Notes: generated from the letters alone by a model not told the origin. DNA of 64,000 bases from Bacillus subtilis subsp. subtilis str. 168 (GCF_000009045.1 NC_000964.3:1550001-1614000), one strand, 5' to 3'. Positions 20,587-31,596 are shown, numbered from the stretch's first letter. Made by a program: numbers and translations.

Positions 20587-21800
20587 GTTCCGTTTGTCAG
20601 TCTGTAAGAAAAAATGATAATGTACGTAAACAGCGCGCATAGTGTGACAGCAGGTCCGATCTGCACAAGCAGATTCCAGCCGTTTATAAAGGCAGTTGAC
20701 ATGTCACTGCTGTTAAGAGATTTAAATACATACTGATACGGATCATGCCATGCTGTGTAAAGAGGTTTCCATAAAAGCATGACGAAGACAGCGGCATAAA
20801 CGCCCTGCAGCAAACGTGCGATAAAGAATGGTTTAAATCTAATGTCGGTTTCCGATAAAATACCTGCCACCTGAGCTTGTACGGAAAAGCCGCTAAACCC
20901 AAGAATAAAGCTGACGATAATGGCTTTTTGCAGAAGAGAAACATCTGTCTCGCTGACAAGCTTGCTGCCTAATGTAATTTCAAACATCCCTGATAAAAGC
21001 GGAATGTCCAATTGAGTCGGAAGCTGAAACAAAGTCAGTGCTCCTTTTGTGAAAACAGACAAAACATCAGTCAGCTGGACCACTGACAACAGCCGATTGA
21101 AGACAGAAAATAAAATAATAAAGCCGCCTACCATAAGAAGCGTTTGAACAGAAGACGTCACGGCGTCGCCTAAAATTTTACCTAAGGGCCGTTTTTCTGC
21201 AAGTCTGGCGGTATGAAGAGCGTGTAAAGCATCTTTGACTGAAGGGAAAGGTATCGTTTTCTTTCTTCTGAGATGCTGCTCTTCCTTGCGGCCATAGGAG
21301 CGCATTGTTAAACCGACGGCAAGATTCCCCAAATAGTGTGCAGAAGCTAATAAAATGCCTAGTGATGCGTTTTGAAAGAAACCGACGGCAACAGCGCCGA
21401 AAATAAAGAGCGGGTTTGAAGAATTGGTAAACGACGCGAGCCGTTCTGCCTCTACTCTTGAAATCTGATTTTCCTGCCGCAGACGGGCAGTGAGTTTTGC
21501 GCCCGCTGGGTTTCCTGATGCCATTCCCATAGCAAGAACGAAGCCGCCGACACCCGGCACGCGAAAGATCGGCCGCATAAAAGGCTCAAGCAAAACACCG
21601 ACAAACCGCACAATGCCAAAGCCGATTAAGAGTTCGGACAGAATAAAAAATGGCAGCAATGACGGAAACACAACCTCCCACCACATAGACAGCCCGGTTT
21701 TAGAGGCTTCGAATGAGGCCTGTGGATGTGAGATGACAGTCGCTGTTAAAAAAAGAAAAAACGAGGCAATCAAAAGTGTATTAATCTTCGACAAGTTCAT
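20574..21800 (-). CDS. spoVV: Sporulation integral membrane protein YlbJ/SpoVV (dipicolinic acid transporter, nucleoside-transporter-like)
   Basis: WWEVVFPSLLPFF, SGNPAGAK and GMFEITLG gate motifs; SD GGAGGT; 408 aa. Confidence 0.93.
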
Positions 21801-21906
21801 TCTTACCTCCCCGATGCTAAAAATGCCCAATGACATGTATATCATGATAAAATAATGTATGATGTAAAACGGCCAAGCAGTACCTGTCCTCTTGATTCTT
21901 TGTACT

Positions 21907-21944
21907 AATATACGAGCATAGGGGTTCAGTTTAGACCATAGAAT
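21907..21944. promoter_or_regulatory. Overlapping divergent SigE-type promoters (spoVV and ylbK-ddcP)
   Basis: Plus: GCATAGG-14-CATAGAAT (21916-21944). Minus: TCTAAAC-14-CGTATATT (21935-21907). Confidence 0.6.
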
Positions 21945-21980
21945 TCGGTATACAGGGAATTCAGGCAGGAGGTTAACGCT

Positions 21981-22763
21981 TTGGCCAAACCTAAAATCGG
22001 GTTAGCGTTAGGATCGGGAGGGGCCAGAGGGCTTGCTCATCTCGGTGTGCTTTCCAGTTTACATAAGCACCAAATTGAAGTGGATATGATTGCAGGAAGC
22101 AGCATGGGCGCTTTGGTGGGCAGTTTTTACGCCGCCGGACATGACGTGGCAACGATGAAAAAAGTAGCCAAAGCCTTTAAACGAAGGCTTTATGCTGATT
22201 ATACGGTGCCGAAACTCGGTTTTTTAAAAGGTGACCGCGTCAGACAGCTTGTGCATGCTTATACATTCGGAAAACCGATTGAAGAGCTCCAAATCCCGCT
22301 GGGCATTGTTGCGTGTGATCTACAGACGGGAGAAAAGATTGTGTTCCGAAAAGGATCAGTGTCAGATGCAGTGAGGGCCAGCATCAGCATCCCGGGTATC
22401 TTTATTCCGCAGCGGCTGGACGGACGCCTTCTTGTAGACGGCGCGGTCGTCGATCGAATTCCGGTTTCTGTTGTGAAAGACATGGGAGCTGATATTATCA
22501 TCGCTTCGGATGTTTCCAGGGTTCGAAAAACTGAAACAGCAGTGCATATTTTTGATGTGATTATGCAAAGTATGGATATACTGCAAAATGAATTAGTGCG
22601 GCATCAAACAATTGCCGCAGATATCATGATTCGCCCTTCCCTTGAAACATACAGCTCAAGCTCGTTTGCCAATATTGAAGAAATGATATCGGCAGGCGAA
22701 GAGGCGACAAACCGAATGATCAGCAAGATAAGAAAAGAAATAGAGAATTGGGAGGGCTCATAA
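21981..22763 (+). CDS. ylbK: Patatin-like phospholipase/esterase
   Basis: GSGGARG, nucleophile GSSMG and catalytic DG motif (VDGA); TTG start. Confidence 0.94.
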   Translation: MAKPKIGLALGSGGARGLAHLGVLSSLHKHQIEVDMIAGSSMGALVGSFYAAGHDVATMKKVAKAFKRRLYADYTVPKLGFLKGDRVRQLVHAYTFGKPIEELQIPLGIVACDLQTGEKIVFRKGSVSDAVRASISIPGIFIPQRLDGRLLVDGAVVDRIPVSVVKDMGADIIIASDVSRVRKTETAVHIFDVIMQSMDILQNELVRHQTIAADIMIRPSLETYSSSSFANIEEMISAGEEATNRMISKIRKEIENWEGS

Positions 22764-22764
22764 T

Positions 22765-23790
22765 TTGCTACGTAAAAAACATTTTAGCTGGATGCTCGTC
22801 ATCCTCATACTGATCGCCGTTTTATCATTTATAAAACTTCCATACTATATTACAAAACCGGGAGAAGCGACAGAGCTTGCTTCATTGATAAAAGTGGAGG
22901 GAGGCTACCCGGAAAAAGGAAGTCTGTCCTTAATGACTGTTAAAGTGGGACCGGCTAATCCATTTACATATGTGTGGGCAAAGATGCACCCTTATTATGA
23001 AATTGTTCCTGATGAGAGCATTAAGGAGGAAGGCGAATCAGATAAGGAGTATATGAAAAGACAGCTCCAAATGATGAAAAGCTCGCAAGAAAATGCGGTT
23101 ATAGCCGCCTATCAAAAGGCAGGAAAAAAAGTCAGCTATTCCTTTAACGGCATATACGCAAGCTCAGTTGTAGAAAACATGCCGGCAAAAGGGAAAATAG
23201 AAGTCGGTGATAAAATCATCAGCGCAGACGGCAAAAACTATCAGTCTGCTGAAAAGCTGATTGATTATATCAGCAGCAAAAAAGCGGGAGATAAAGTCAC
23301 GTTAAAGATCGAAAGAGAAGAAAAAGAAAAGCGTGTCACCCTTACGTTAAAACAATTTCCTGATGAGCCGGATCGGGCAGGAATCGGAGTTTCGCTTTAT
23401 ACAGACAGAAACGTGAAGGTAGAGCCTGATATTGATTTTGAAATCGAAAATATTGGCGGCCCGTCAGCAGGGTTAATGATGTCCCTTGAAATCTATAATC
23501 AGCTGACAAAACCAGACGAAACAAAAGGCTACGATATTGCGGGAACAGGTACGATTGATGTTGACGGAAAAGTAGGCCCGATCGGCGGCATTGATCAAAA
23601 AGTCGTCGCCGCAGACAAAGCCGGAAAAGACATTTTCTTCGCGCCAAATCAAAACGGCGCCAGCAATTCCGATTATAAGAACGCAGTAAAAACAGCAAAA
23701 GATATTGATTCAAATATGAAGATTGTGCCTGTTGATACCATGCAGGATGCGATTGATTATTTGAATAAGCTGAAAGCGAAAAGCACCTGA
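22765..23790 (+). CDS. ddcP: Membrane PDZ/Lon-protease-domain protein, DNA damage checkpoint antagonist
   Basis: TM segment, PDZ domain and Lon-type IGGPSAG with downstream Lys (IGGIDQKV) (ylbL). Confidence 0.94.
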
Positions 23791-23806
23791 TTCTCAGGTG
23801 CTTTTT
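23779..23806. terminator. Bidirectional terminator ddcP/tmcAL
   Basis: AAAAGCACCTGA/TCAGGTGCTTTT. Confidence 0.88.
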
Positions 23807-25054
23807 CTATACATTTAAAAAGTGTTGTTCATCTTCGTCATATCGAATCGGTGCATGTCCGTATTCCTGTAGGTCAAACTCAGTTCTCAGCGGCTCTTCT
23901 ATCGGCAGGCTGTAAATCCTGCTTGCTTTTACGTCCAGATCGAGAGCTGGATGGGAGAAAGAGGACAGTTTGCTGACAAGCGGAACAGACAGTGCTTTTT
24001 TCTTTTCGGATAAATAAGCCTGTCCTTTTTTCGTCATGCCGAGAAGCCTGATATACGGCGCCTTATCGTTGTCAAGCAGCTTTTGCATATCCTGTTTTTT
24101 TGTTCTGGTTAAAATGTGTGTATTCATCCGCTGGAGCCTTGTCCACGTATAGCGTTTTGTTTTCAGCAGTTCCATAAATTCCTGATAGGAGCTGGATTTT
24201 CTGATCGAACGAATAATTCTGTGCTCTAAACCTTCCTCCACCTCGTATACTTGCTGTAATTCCCGTGCCGTTACAGTTGAAAGGCTGTATTTTAAGTAAG
24301 AAAAGTAGCTTTCAGGTGTATGCCACAATCCGAAAGATTTGCGGTAAGCTGCTAATTCACGTGCAGATGCAGCAGGGAGAAAACGAAGGCAGGCTTCGAG
24401 ATTCTGGCCAATCATCGCTTTTCTAATGCTTGTGGCACTTGCTATATGGTTTTCGCCTTCAGGGAGATCGGCATCATGATAGTCCGAAGAGATTCGTGCC
24501 GTAGTATAAGGTTTCATAGGATATCCCCCGGTTAGAATCGAGGTCACATACTGGTATCCCAAAATGTTATTTGGTTTTGACAAGTCAAGTGCACTTTCAG
24601 TATGCAAAATGGAGCTGAAGGCGATAGCCGCCGCTGCTGGGTAACTGGCCCCCTTTTTAAGTTCTTCTTTAATTCGGTCATTCAATATATGTTTATGCTC
24701 ATCAATAAGCTGTGCTGTTTCTAAAAAAGGCTTGATATCCCCATTTTCACTCCCGAAAAACAGCGCCTCACATTCAAGTTCGTTCAGGATGGAAACACTG
24801 CCGCGTGCAAAAATGTCTGCTTTTTGCACGGCATAAAGATAAGGCAGCTCAATGACAAGATCAACTCCGCTTTGCAGCGCCATTTTTGTTCGGGCCCATT
24901 TTGATACAACAGCGGGTTCCCCGCGCTGTAAAAAATGTCCGCTCATGACCGCGACAGCCGTGTCACATCCGGTTTGCAGCTTTGCTGTTTGGGCATGATA
25001 AAGGTGACCGTTATGAAAGGGATTATATTCAACCACCAATCCGACAGCTTTCAT
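23807..25054 (-). CDS. tmcAL: tRNA(Met) cytidine acetate ligase
   Basis: EYNPFHNGH, MSGHFLQRGEP, PNNILG and ASATSIR motifs (ylbM). Confidence 0.96.
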   Translation of the reverse strand: MKAVGLVVEYNPFHNGHLYHAQTAKLQTGCDTAVAVMSGHFLQRGEPAVVSKWARTKMALQSGVDLVIELPYLYAVQKADIFARGSVSILNELECEALFFGSENGDIKPFLETAQLIDEHKHILNDRIKEELKKGASYPAAAAIAFSSILHTESALDLSKPNNILGYQYVTSILTGGYPMKPYTTARISSDYHDADLPEGENHIASATSIRKAMIGQNLEACLRFLPAASARELAAYRKSFGLWHTPESYFSYLKYSLSTVTARELQQVYEVEEGLEHRIIRSIRKSSSYQEFMELLKTKRYTWTRLQRMNTHILTRTKKQDMQKLLDNDKAPYIRLLGMTKKGQAYLSEKKKALSVPLVSKLSSFSHPALDLDVKASRIYSLPIEEPLRTEFDLQEYGHAPIRYDEDEQHFLNV

Positions 25055-25236
25055 ATTTTTTCCGCCTTTCTTGCTATGTTTAAAAACGTATGGTACATTT
25101 GCAAATGAAAACTCTTACGCCTTATTTTTGTTTTAAGTGTATGCATAGCATATTCCGCTGTCAACGATACTTCAATGGCAGCATTATGCTGTAAAGAAAA
25201 AATATTGACAAAAACAATCTTAAAAGCTATAATCAT
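25051..25236 (-). CDS. ylzH: Small hypothetical ORF (61 aa), doubtful
   Basis: ATG at 25236, weak SD AGGAAAG, ATGA overlap with the tmcAL start; lies across the divergent promoter. Confidence 0.3.
   Translation of the reverse strand: MIIAFKIVFVNIFSLQHNAAIEVSLTAEYAMHTLKTKIRRKSFHLQMYHTFLNIARKAEKI
25205..25233 (+). promoter_or_regulatory. Perfect-consensus SigA promoter of ylbN-rpmF
   Basis: TTGACA-17-TATAAT. Confidence 0.9.
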
Positions 25237-25263
25237 GTTTGTTGCTTTCCTGAGGTGATACAA

Positions 25264-25782
25264 ATGAAATGGACGATTTATCAGCTGCATCAAATGCCAA
25301 AACAAAGTTTTGAGTTTGATGAAACAGTTGAGTTAAATGAGCTGACAAAGCTGAATTCTGACATTCGCCGCATTTCTCCCGTTCGGGTGAAGGGCAGAGC
25401 GGATATCAAATCCAAACAGGTTTCGTTTGATTTTACAATTTCAGGCGAAATGCTTTTGCCATGCTCAAGAACACTCGTTGATGTTCCGTATCCATTTGAA
25501 ATTTCAACAAAAGAACTGTTTATATTTCATCACACGGATGATATAGAAGATGATGACGTTCACATTGTTGAGGACGATACTATCGACATAACTCCGATCG
25601 TGAAAGAAGAAATTCTTTTAGAAATCCCTATGCAAATCTTTTGTGAATCTGAACAAGAAAAAGGAGCTGCTCCTCAAGAAGGAAAGGATTGGCAAGTCAT
25701 TTCGGAAGAAGACAAGAAGAATCAAGTTGATCCGAGACTTGCAGCCCTTGAAAAGCTCTTAAAACAAGATGATGAATCTTAA
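25264..25782 (+). CDS. ylbN: YceD/DUF177 large ribosomal subunit biogenesis protein
   Basis: LPCSRTL, EEILLEIPM and DPRLAAL motifs; adjacent to rpmF. Confidence 0.93.
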   Translation: MKWTIYQLHQMPKQSFEFDETVELNELTKLNSDIRRISPVRVKGRADIKSKQVSFDFTISGEMLLPCSRTLVDVPYPFEISTKELFIFHHTDDIEDDDVHIVEDDTIDITPIVKEEILLEIPMQIFCESEQEKGAAPQEGKDWQVISEEDKKNQVDPRLAALEKLLKQDDES

Positions 25783-25983
<201 letters not shown>

Positions 25984-25985
25984 TG

Positions 25986-26024
25986 AGAAAAGCGCAGGGT
26001 GAAAGCCCTGCGCTTTTTCTTTTT
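25986..26024 (+). terminator. Terminator of ylbN-rpmF
   Basis: AGCGCAGGG/CCCTGCGCT plus long T-tract. Confidence 0.92.
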
Positions 26025-26128
26025 CTCTTCCTGTCAGCTTGCGGAAAATTTGTGAGTGCAAATAGTCTATCTAATCTATTACCGGCATATGTATGAGATA
26101 AATAAGCTGACATGGAGGGAGATTGAAT

Positions 26129-26710
26129 TTGACCATTACAAGACAAGATGCTTGGACTCAGGATGAGGATTTGCTGCTGGCAGAAGTGGTGCTTCGTCAT
26201 ATTCGAGAGGGAGGAACACAGCTTTCAGCCTTTGAGGAGGTTGGAAGGGCGCTGACCAGAACCGCGGCAGCCTGTGGTTTCAGGTGGAACTCGTATGTGA
26301 GAAAACAATACCAGTCAGGTATAGAGCTTGCAAAAAAGCAAAGGAAAGAACTGAGAAAGCAAATCGGCGTTCATTCGGTCAATATGCCGAATTCCATGAA
26401 GCAGACTGCCTCGGCATCGTCAGAAGGAAAACGAGATTTGTCCATTCAGGATGTCATTCAATTTCTCGAACAATTCAAAGAAACACCGTCTGCACAAGAA
26501 TTTCAGCTTGAAAGGGAAAAATTGAAGGAGCAAATCCAATCGCTGCAAAAAGAGCTTGAGGATTTGCGGAGTGAAAATCAGACATTGCGGAATCAGCTAG
26601 AGATGACAGAAGAGGATTACAAGGCACTGATCGATATCATGGATCGGGCCAGAAAAATGGTTGTTTCGAAGGAAGACGGAAGAATGAAAAAAGCGGCTCA
26701 AGAAACGTAA
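26129..26710 (+). CDS. gerR: RsfA-family sporulation transcription factor GerR
   Basis: [28 protein letters not shown]...[11 protein letters not shown] plus coiled coil; TTG after GGAGGGA (ylbO). Confidence 0.95.
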   Translation: MTITRQDAWTQDEDLLLAEVVLRHIREGGTQLSAFEEVGRALTRTAAACGFRWNSYVRKQYQSGIELAKKQRKELRKQIGVHSVNMPNSMKQTASASSEGKRDLSIQDVIQFLEQFKETPSAQEFQLEREKLKEQIQSLQKELEDLRSENQTLRNQLEMTEEDYKALIDIMDRARKMVVSKEDGRMKKAAQET

Positions 26711-26726
26711 AGAAACGCCTGAAATG

Positions 26727-26761
26727 AACCGGCCCTATAGTAAGAATAGGCCGGTTGTTTT
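26727..26761. terminator. Terminator between convergent gerR and ylbP
   Basis: AACCGGCC(C)TAT/ATAGGCCGGTT. Confidence 0.8.
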
Positions 26762-26766
26762 GATTT

Positions 26767-27249
26767 CTATGCAGACTCTCCCGGTGTCATTTCGCGATCC
26801 ATATCAGGATGCCAGATGAGCGGGTTTTCCCCTTTGTCCCGCGCCATATCATACTTAACAGTTTTAAAGTTCATTTTGTTCCAAAATTCCGCTGATTTCA
26901 TTCTCGGATTTGTCCGGATCGGCATTTTGAATGATTTTGCAAATTCAACCAAGGCTCTCCCGTATCCCCTGTTCTGGTAGCCCGGAAGAACCTCAAGCTT
27001 CCACAGCTCCAAATAATCCTGGCGGTTGTCAAAATAGGGATTCGATTTGCCGTTAACTTGATACAGACTCATTCGTGCTACAAGTTTATCGCCAAAATAA
27101 ATCCCGTAAAAAGGCGAGGTGCTGTCATTTTCAATAATATTATCCTGAAGTTCTTCAAGCATTGAAAGCTCCTGAATGCCGTATTCTTTGAATTTCTTGA
27201 ATTCTTCCAGCGTTTTATAGTTGATAAGCAGACGTTCTACCTTTGTCAA
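26767..27249 (-). CDS. ylbP: GNAT-family acetyltransferase
   Basis: LEVLPGYQNRGYGRAL acetyl-CoA motif; TTG after AAGGGGGAG; 160 aa. Confidence 0.92.
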   Translation of the reverse strand: MTKVERLLINYKTLEEFKKFKEYGIQELSMLEELQDNIIENDSTSPFYGIYFGDKLVARMSLYQVNGKSNPYFDNRQDYLELWKLEVLPGYQNRGYGRALVEFAKSFKMPIRTNPRMKSAEFWNKMNFKTVKYDMARDKGENPLIWHPDMDREMTPGESA

Positions 27250-27280
27250 ACAAATCTCCCCCTTTGTTGTTTCTACATAT

Positions 27281-27309
27281 ATTGTAAACGCTTTATTTAA
27301 AAAATCCAA
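27281..27309 (-). promoter_or_regulatory. SigA promoter of ylbP with cre overlapping the -10
   Basis: Minus strand TTGGAT-17-TACAAT; TTGTAAACGCTTTAT (27282-27296) is one mismatch from cre consensus. Confidence 0.65.
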
Positions 27310-27408
27310 ATATTTAAACTTTAATTTTAAGCACATGGGATCTTTGAGAAGTAATTTCTTCTTACTTCTGCTATGATAATACGTAAATGCTAAATTGGGT
27401 GTGACATC

Positions 27409-28305
27409 ATGAAAATTGGAATTATCGGCGGAGGCTCCGTTGGTCTTTTATGCGCCTATTATTTGTCACTTTATCACGACGTGACTGTTGTGACGAGGCG
27501 GCAAGAACAGGCTGCGGCCATTCAGTCTGAAGGAATCCGGCTTTATAAAGGCGGGGAGGAATTCAGGGCTGATTGCAGTGCGGACACGAGTATCAATTCG
27601 GACTTTGACCTGCTTGTCGTGACAGTGAAGCAGCATCAGCTTCAATCTGTTTTTTCGTCGCTTGAACGAATCGGGAAGACGAATATATTATTTTTGCAAA
27701 ACGGCATGGGGCATATCCACGACCTAAAAGACTGGCACGTTGGCCATTCCATTTATGTTGGAATCGTTGAGCACGGAGCTGTAAGAAAATCGGATACAGC
27801 TGTTGATCATACAGGCCTAGGTGCGATAAAATGGAGCGCGTTCGACGATGCTGAACCAGACCGGCTGAACATCTTGTTTCAGCATAACCATTCGGATTTT
27901 CCGATTTATTATGAGACGGATTGGTACCGTCTGCTGACGGGCAAGCTGATTGTAAATGCGTGTATTAATCCTTTAACTGCGTTATTGCAAGTGAAAAATG
28001 GAGAACTGCTGACAACGCCAGCTTATCTGGCTTTTATGAAGCTGGTATTTCAGGAGGCATGCCGCATTTTAAAACTTGAAAATGAAGAAAAGGCTTGGGA
28101 GCGGGTTCAGGCCGTTTGTGGGCAAACGAAAGAGAATCGTTCATCAATGCTGGTTGACGTCATTGGAGGCCGGCAGACGGAAGCTGACGCCATTATCGGA
28201 TACTTATTGAAGGAAGCAAGTCTTCAAGGTCTTGATGCCGTCCACCTAGAGTTTTTATATGGCAGCATCAAAGCATTGGAGCGAAATACAAACAAAGTCT
28301 TTTGA
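27409..28305 (+). CDS. panE: 2-dehydropantoate 2-reductase
   Basis: GGGSVG Rossmann motif, LQNGMG, KLIVNACINP and SSMLVD...TE (ylbQ). Confidence 0.95.
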   Translation: MKIGIIGGGSVGLLCAYYLSLYHDVTVVTRRQEQAAAIQSEGIRLYKGGEEFRADCSADTSINSDFDLLVVTVKQHQLQSVFSSLERIGKTNILFLQNGMGHIHDLKDWHVGHSIYVGIVEHGAVRKSDTAVDHTGLGAIKWSAFDDAEPDRLNILFQHNHSDFPIYYETDWYRLLTGKLIVNACINPLTALLQVKNGELLTTPAYLAFMKLVFQEACRILKLENEEKAWERVQAVCGQTKENRSSMLVDVIGGRQTEADAIIGYLLKEASLQGLDAVHLEFLYGSIKALERNTNKVF

Positions 28306-28320
28306 GCTTTTTCGGTAACA

Positions 28321-28329
28321 TGCTATACT
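28321..28329 (+). promoter_or_regulatory. Extended -10 promoter for bshC
   Basis: TG-C-TATACT, with TTGAGC 16 bp upstream. Confidence 0.5.
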
Positions 28330-28375
28330 CATTTCGGATCACTAACTATTTATTGGAGAAAGGAAGTTCTAGAAG

Positions 28376-29995
28376 ATGCAGCTAACTGAACTTTCCATCA
28401 AAAATCAGAATGTGTTTGTACAGCACTATATAGATGGCAAAGAAGAAATGTCTTCTTTTTTTGATTACAGTATTCATCATAAGGACATGTGGCGCGAAAG
28501 ACTGGAAGACTTATCTTCCCGGTTTTTCGCAAGAGAGGAATTGGCGGCGTACTTAACCTCTTACCATAATAAATTCGGTTCAAGTGCGATGCAGTCTGCT
28601 ATTGAGAAGCTGAAGGACCCGTCAAGTGCCGCTGTAGTCGGCGGACAGCAGGCAGGACTTTTAACAGGACCGCTTTACACCATACATAAAATCATTTCAA
28701 TCATTGTTTTAGCAAAGCAACAAGAAAAGGAACTGCAAGTGCCTGTCATACCAATCTTCTGGGTGGCTGGAGAAGACCACGATTTGGATGAGATTAATTT
28801 TGTTCACACATCTGAAGAGAATGGGCCTGTGAAAAAAAAGCTGCCTCAGTCTTATTGGAAGAAATCATCAGCAGCGAGTACATCGCTTGATCAGGAAAAG
28901 TGTGCCGCGTGGATAGATGATGTTTTTGCCGCTTTTGAAGAAACAGACCATACGAATACACTTCTCGACAATGTGAAACGATGTTTAAGGGAATCTGTTA
29001 CGTTTACTGACTTCTTTGAACTGCTGATCGCGGATTTGTTCCAAGAAGAGGGCTTAGTTTTATTAAATTCTGGGGATCCGGGGATTAAAAAGCTGGAAAC
29101 GGCCATGTTCCAAAAGATTCTTCGAGAAAATGATGAACTCGCCCGGGCTGTATCAGATCAGCAGGCCTTCATGCGTCAAGCAGGCTACAAACCGATTATC
29201 GAGTCCGGAAAAGAGCAGGCGAATCTGTTTTATGAATACGAAGATGAGCGTTTTTTAATTGAAAAAGATAACGGCCGATTTGTCATCAAAGAGCTTGATC
29301 TAGGATGGACGAGGGATGAACTTCATACACATATGGAAGAACATCCAGAGCGTTTCAGCAACAATGTTGTAACGAGACCGTTAATGCAGGAATTTCTCAT
29401 TCCGACTTTAGCATTTATTGCAGGGCCTGGGGAAATCAATTATTGGGGCGAGCTCAAACAGGCATTTGCGGTGATGGGCTTCAAAATGCCTCCTGTCATG
29501 CCAAGGCTGAACATTACGATACTTGAGCGGCATATTGAGAAAAAACTGGCTGAACGGAATATCTCATTACAAGACGCGATTGAGCGCGGAACGGAGAATC
29601 AAAGAGAGACATACTTCGAGCGCCAGATTCCGGAAGAGTTTACGGCGGTGATGGATCAGGCGAAAAGCCAAATTGAAGCGATTCACAAAACGGTCCGGCA
29701 GGAGGCGTTAAAGGTTGATCAAAGCTTGGAACCTTTACTTCTGAAAAATGCCGCTTTTATTCAGGATCAGCTTCAATTCTTAGAGCGCACGGTGATGAAG
29801 CGAATTGAAGAAAAAGAAGGCTACGTCTTGAAGGATTATGAAAGAATTCAAAATAGCATTAAGCCGCTTCTTGCGCCGCAAGAACGGATTTGGAATATCA
29901 TGTATTATTTGAACAGGTACGGTCCAAAATTCTTCACGACATTCAAGAATCTGCCATTTTCTTTTCAAAATCAACATCAAGTTGTCAAACTTTGA
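28376..29995 (+). CDS. bshC: Bacillithiol biosynthesis cysteine-adding enzyme
   Basis: GGQQAGLLTGPLYTIHK, FWVAGEDHD, GPGEINYW and QER motifs. Confidence 0.97.
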   Translation: MQLTELSIKNQNVFVQHYIDGKEEMSSFFDYSIHHKDMWRERLEDLSSRFFAREELAAYLTSYHNKFGSSAMQSAIEKLKDPSSAAVVGGQQAGLLTGPLYTIHKIISIIVLAKQQEKELQVPVIPIFWVAGEDHDLDEINFVHTSEENGPVKKKLPQSYWKKSSAASTSLDQEKCAAWIDDVFAAFEETDHTNTLLDNVKRCLRESVTFTDFFELLIADLFQEEGLVLLNSGDPGIKKLETAMFQKILRENDELARAVSDQQAFMRQAGYKPIIESGKEQANLFYEYEDERFLIEKDNGRFVIKELDLGWTRDELHTHMEEHPERFSNNVVTRPLMQEFLIPTLAFIAGPGEINYWGELKQAFAVMGFKMPPVMPRLNITILERHIEKKLAERNISLQDAIERGTENQRETYFERQIPEEFTAVMDQAKSQIEAIHKTVRQEALKVDQSLEPLLLKNAAFIQDQLQFLERTVMKRIEEKEGYVLKDYERIQNSIKPLLAPQERIWNIMYYLNRYGPKFFTTFKNLPFSFQNQHQVVKL

Positions 29996-30007
29996 AATAA
30001 AGTTTTA

Positions 30008-30038
30008 AAGAACCCTGACTAGTTCAGGGTTTTTTTTT
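30008..30038 (+). terminator. Terminator of panE-bshC
   Basis: AACCCTGA/TCAGGGTT plus T9. Confidence 0.9.
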
Positions 30039-30064
30039 ATGGGTAAACAGTGTAAAATGAAGTT

Positions 30065-30090
30065 GTGGAGCGAAGTGGTGAATAGTGGTG
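30065..30090 (+). repeat. MraZ-binding direct repeats
   Basis: GTGGAG (30065), GTGGTG (30075) and GTGGTG (30085) at exact 10-bp period upstream of mraZ. Confidence 0.88.
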
Positions 30091-30120
30091 AGTTAAGGAG
30101 AGAAAGTGGGGCAAGAGATC

Positions 30121-30552
30121 ATGTTTATGGGTGAATATCAGCATACCATCGATGCGAAAGGCCGCATGATCGTACCCGCTAAATTCAGAGAAGGCCTAGG
30201 TGAGCAATTTGTGCTGACTAGAGGACTTGACCAATGTCTCTTCGGCTACCCTATGCACGAATGGAAACAAATTGAAGAAAAACTAAAAGCTCTTCCTCTC
30301 ACAAAGAAAGATGCCCGCGCGTTTACCCGTTTCTTCTTTTCAGGGGCGACTGAATGCGAACTGGATAAGCAAGGCAGGGTAAATATCGCATCATCTCTAT
30401 TGAATTACGCCAAACTGGAAAAAGAATGTGTTGTTATCGGGGTTTCTAATCGAATTGAATTGTGGAGTAAAGTAATTTGGGAACAATACACAGAAGAGCA
30501 AGAAGATTCATTTGCTGAAATTGCTGAAAACATGATTGGGTTTGATATATAA
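30121..30552 (+). CDS. mraZ: Transcriptional regulator MraZ
   Basis: [15 protein letters not shown] and LDKQGR repeats. Confidence 0.98.
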   Translation: MFMGEYQHTIDAKGRMIVPAKFREGLGEQFVLTRGLDQCLFGYPMHEWKQIEEKLKALPLTKKDARAFTRFFFSGATECELDKQGRVNIASSLLNYAKLEKECVVIGVSNRIELWSKVIWEQYTEEQEDSFAEIAENMIGFDI

Positions 30553-30621
30553 TGATTCTTCGTGTATAACACTCTAAAAACAATTTCAATTCATCCTGAT
30601 AAAAGGTGGGACCAACACAAT

Positions 30622-31557
30622 ATGTTTCAACACAAGACAGTACTTCTTCGTGAAACCGTAGACGGACTTAATATTAAACCAGACGGTACATATGTAGACT
30701 GCACACTCGGCGGAGCTGGGCATAGTACATACTTATTGCAGCAGTTATCCGAGAAGGGGCGTTTAATCGCTTTTGACCAAGATGATACGGCATTACAGCA
30801 TGCTAAAGAAGTGTTGTCCGATTATAAAGGACAGCTCATTCTGATTAAAAGCAATTTCAGGTATTTAAAAGAATATTTGAATGAACAAGGCGTTACAGAA
30901 GTAGACGGCATTTTATTTGATTTAGGGGTGTCCTCTCCGCAGCTGGATACACCGGAGCGCGGATTCAGTTACCATCATGACGCACCGTTGGACATGAGGA
31001 TGGACCAGTCGGCTACGCTTTCGGCGAAAGAAGTCGTTAATGAGTGGCGCTATGAGGATCTCGTCCGTATTTTCTTTAAATACGGAGAAGAGAAGTTCAG
31101 TAAACAGATCGCCAGAAAAATTGAGGAGGCAAGAATGAAGTCTCCTATTCAAACTACGGGCCAACTGGTCGATCTAATAAAAGACGCGATTCCCGCTCCA
31201 GCGAGAAGGAGCGGGGGACATCCCGCTAAACGCGTGTTTCAGGCAATCAGAATTGCCGTAAACGATGAACTTAGGGTGTTTGAAGAAGCTTTGGAGCAGG
31301 CAATTGAGGTTCTGAAGCCAGGGGGCAGGGTATCGGTCATTACCTTCCACTCGCTAGAAGACAGAATTTGCAAAACCACTTTTAAAGAAAAGTCGTCGCT
31401 TCCGGAACTTCCTCCGGGACTTCCTGTTATACCGGAAGAGTTTGAACCGGAGCTGAAGCTCATCACACGAAAACCGATTACGGCATCTCAAGAAGAGCTT
31501 GAAGAGAACAACCGGGCTCGTTCTGCCAAGCTTCGGATTGCTGAAAAAAGAAAATAA
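30622..31557 (+). CDS. rsmH: 16S rRNA m4C1402 methyltransferase
   Basis: [36 protein letters not shown] and RARSAKLR (mraW). Confidence 0.98.
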   Translation: MFQHKTVLLRETVDGLNIKPDGTYVDCTLGGAGHSTYLLQQLSEKGRLIAFDQDDTALQHAKEVLSDYKGQLILIKSNFRYLKEYLNEQGVTEVDGILFDLGVSSPQLDTPERGFSYHHDAPLDMRMDQSATLSAKEVVNEWRYEDLVRIFFKYGEEKFSKQIARKIEEARMKSPIQTTGQLVDLIKDAIPAPARRSGGHPAKRVFQAIRIAVNDELRVFEEALEQAIEVLKPGGRVSVITFHSLEDRICKTTFKEKSSLPELPPGLPVIPEEFEPELKLITRKPITASQEELEENNRARSAKLRIAEKRK

Positions 31558-31596
31558 CGAAACGCGAACGCAAAATTAAAAGGAGGTCATCAGCCT

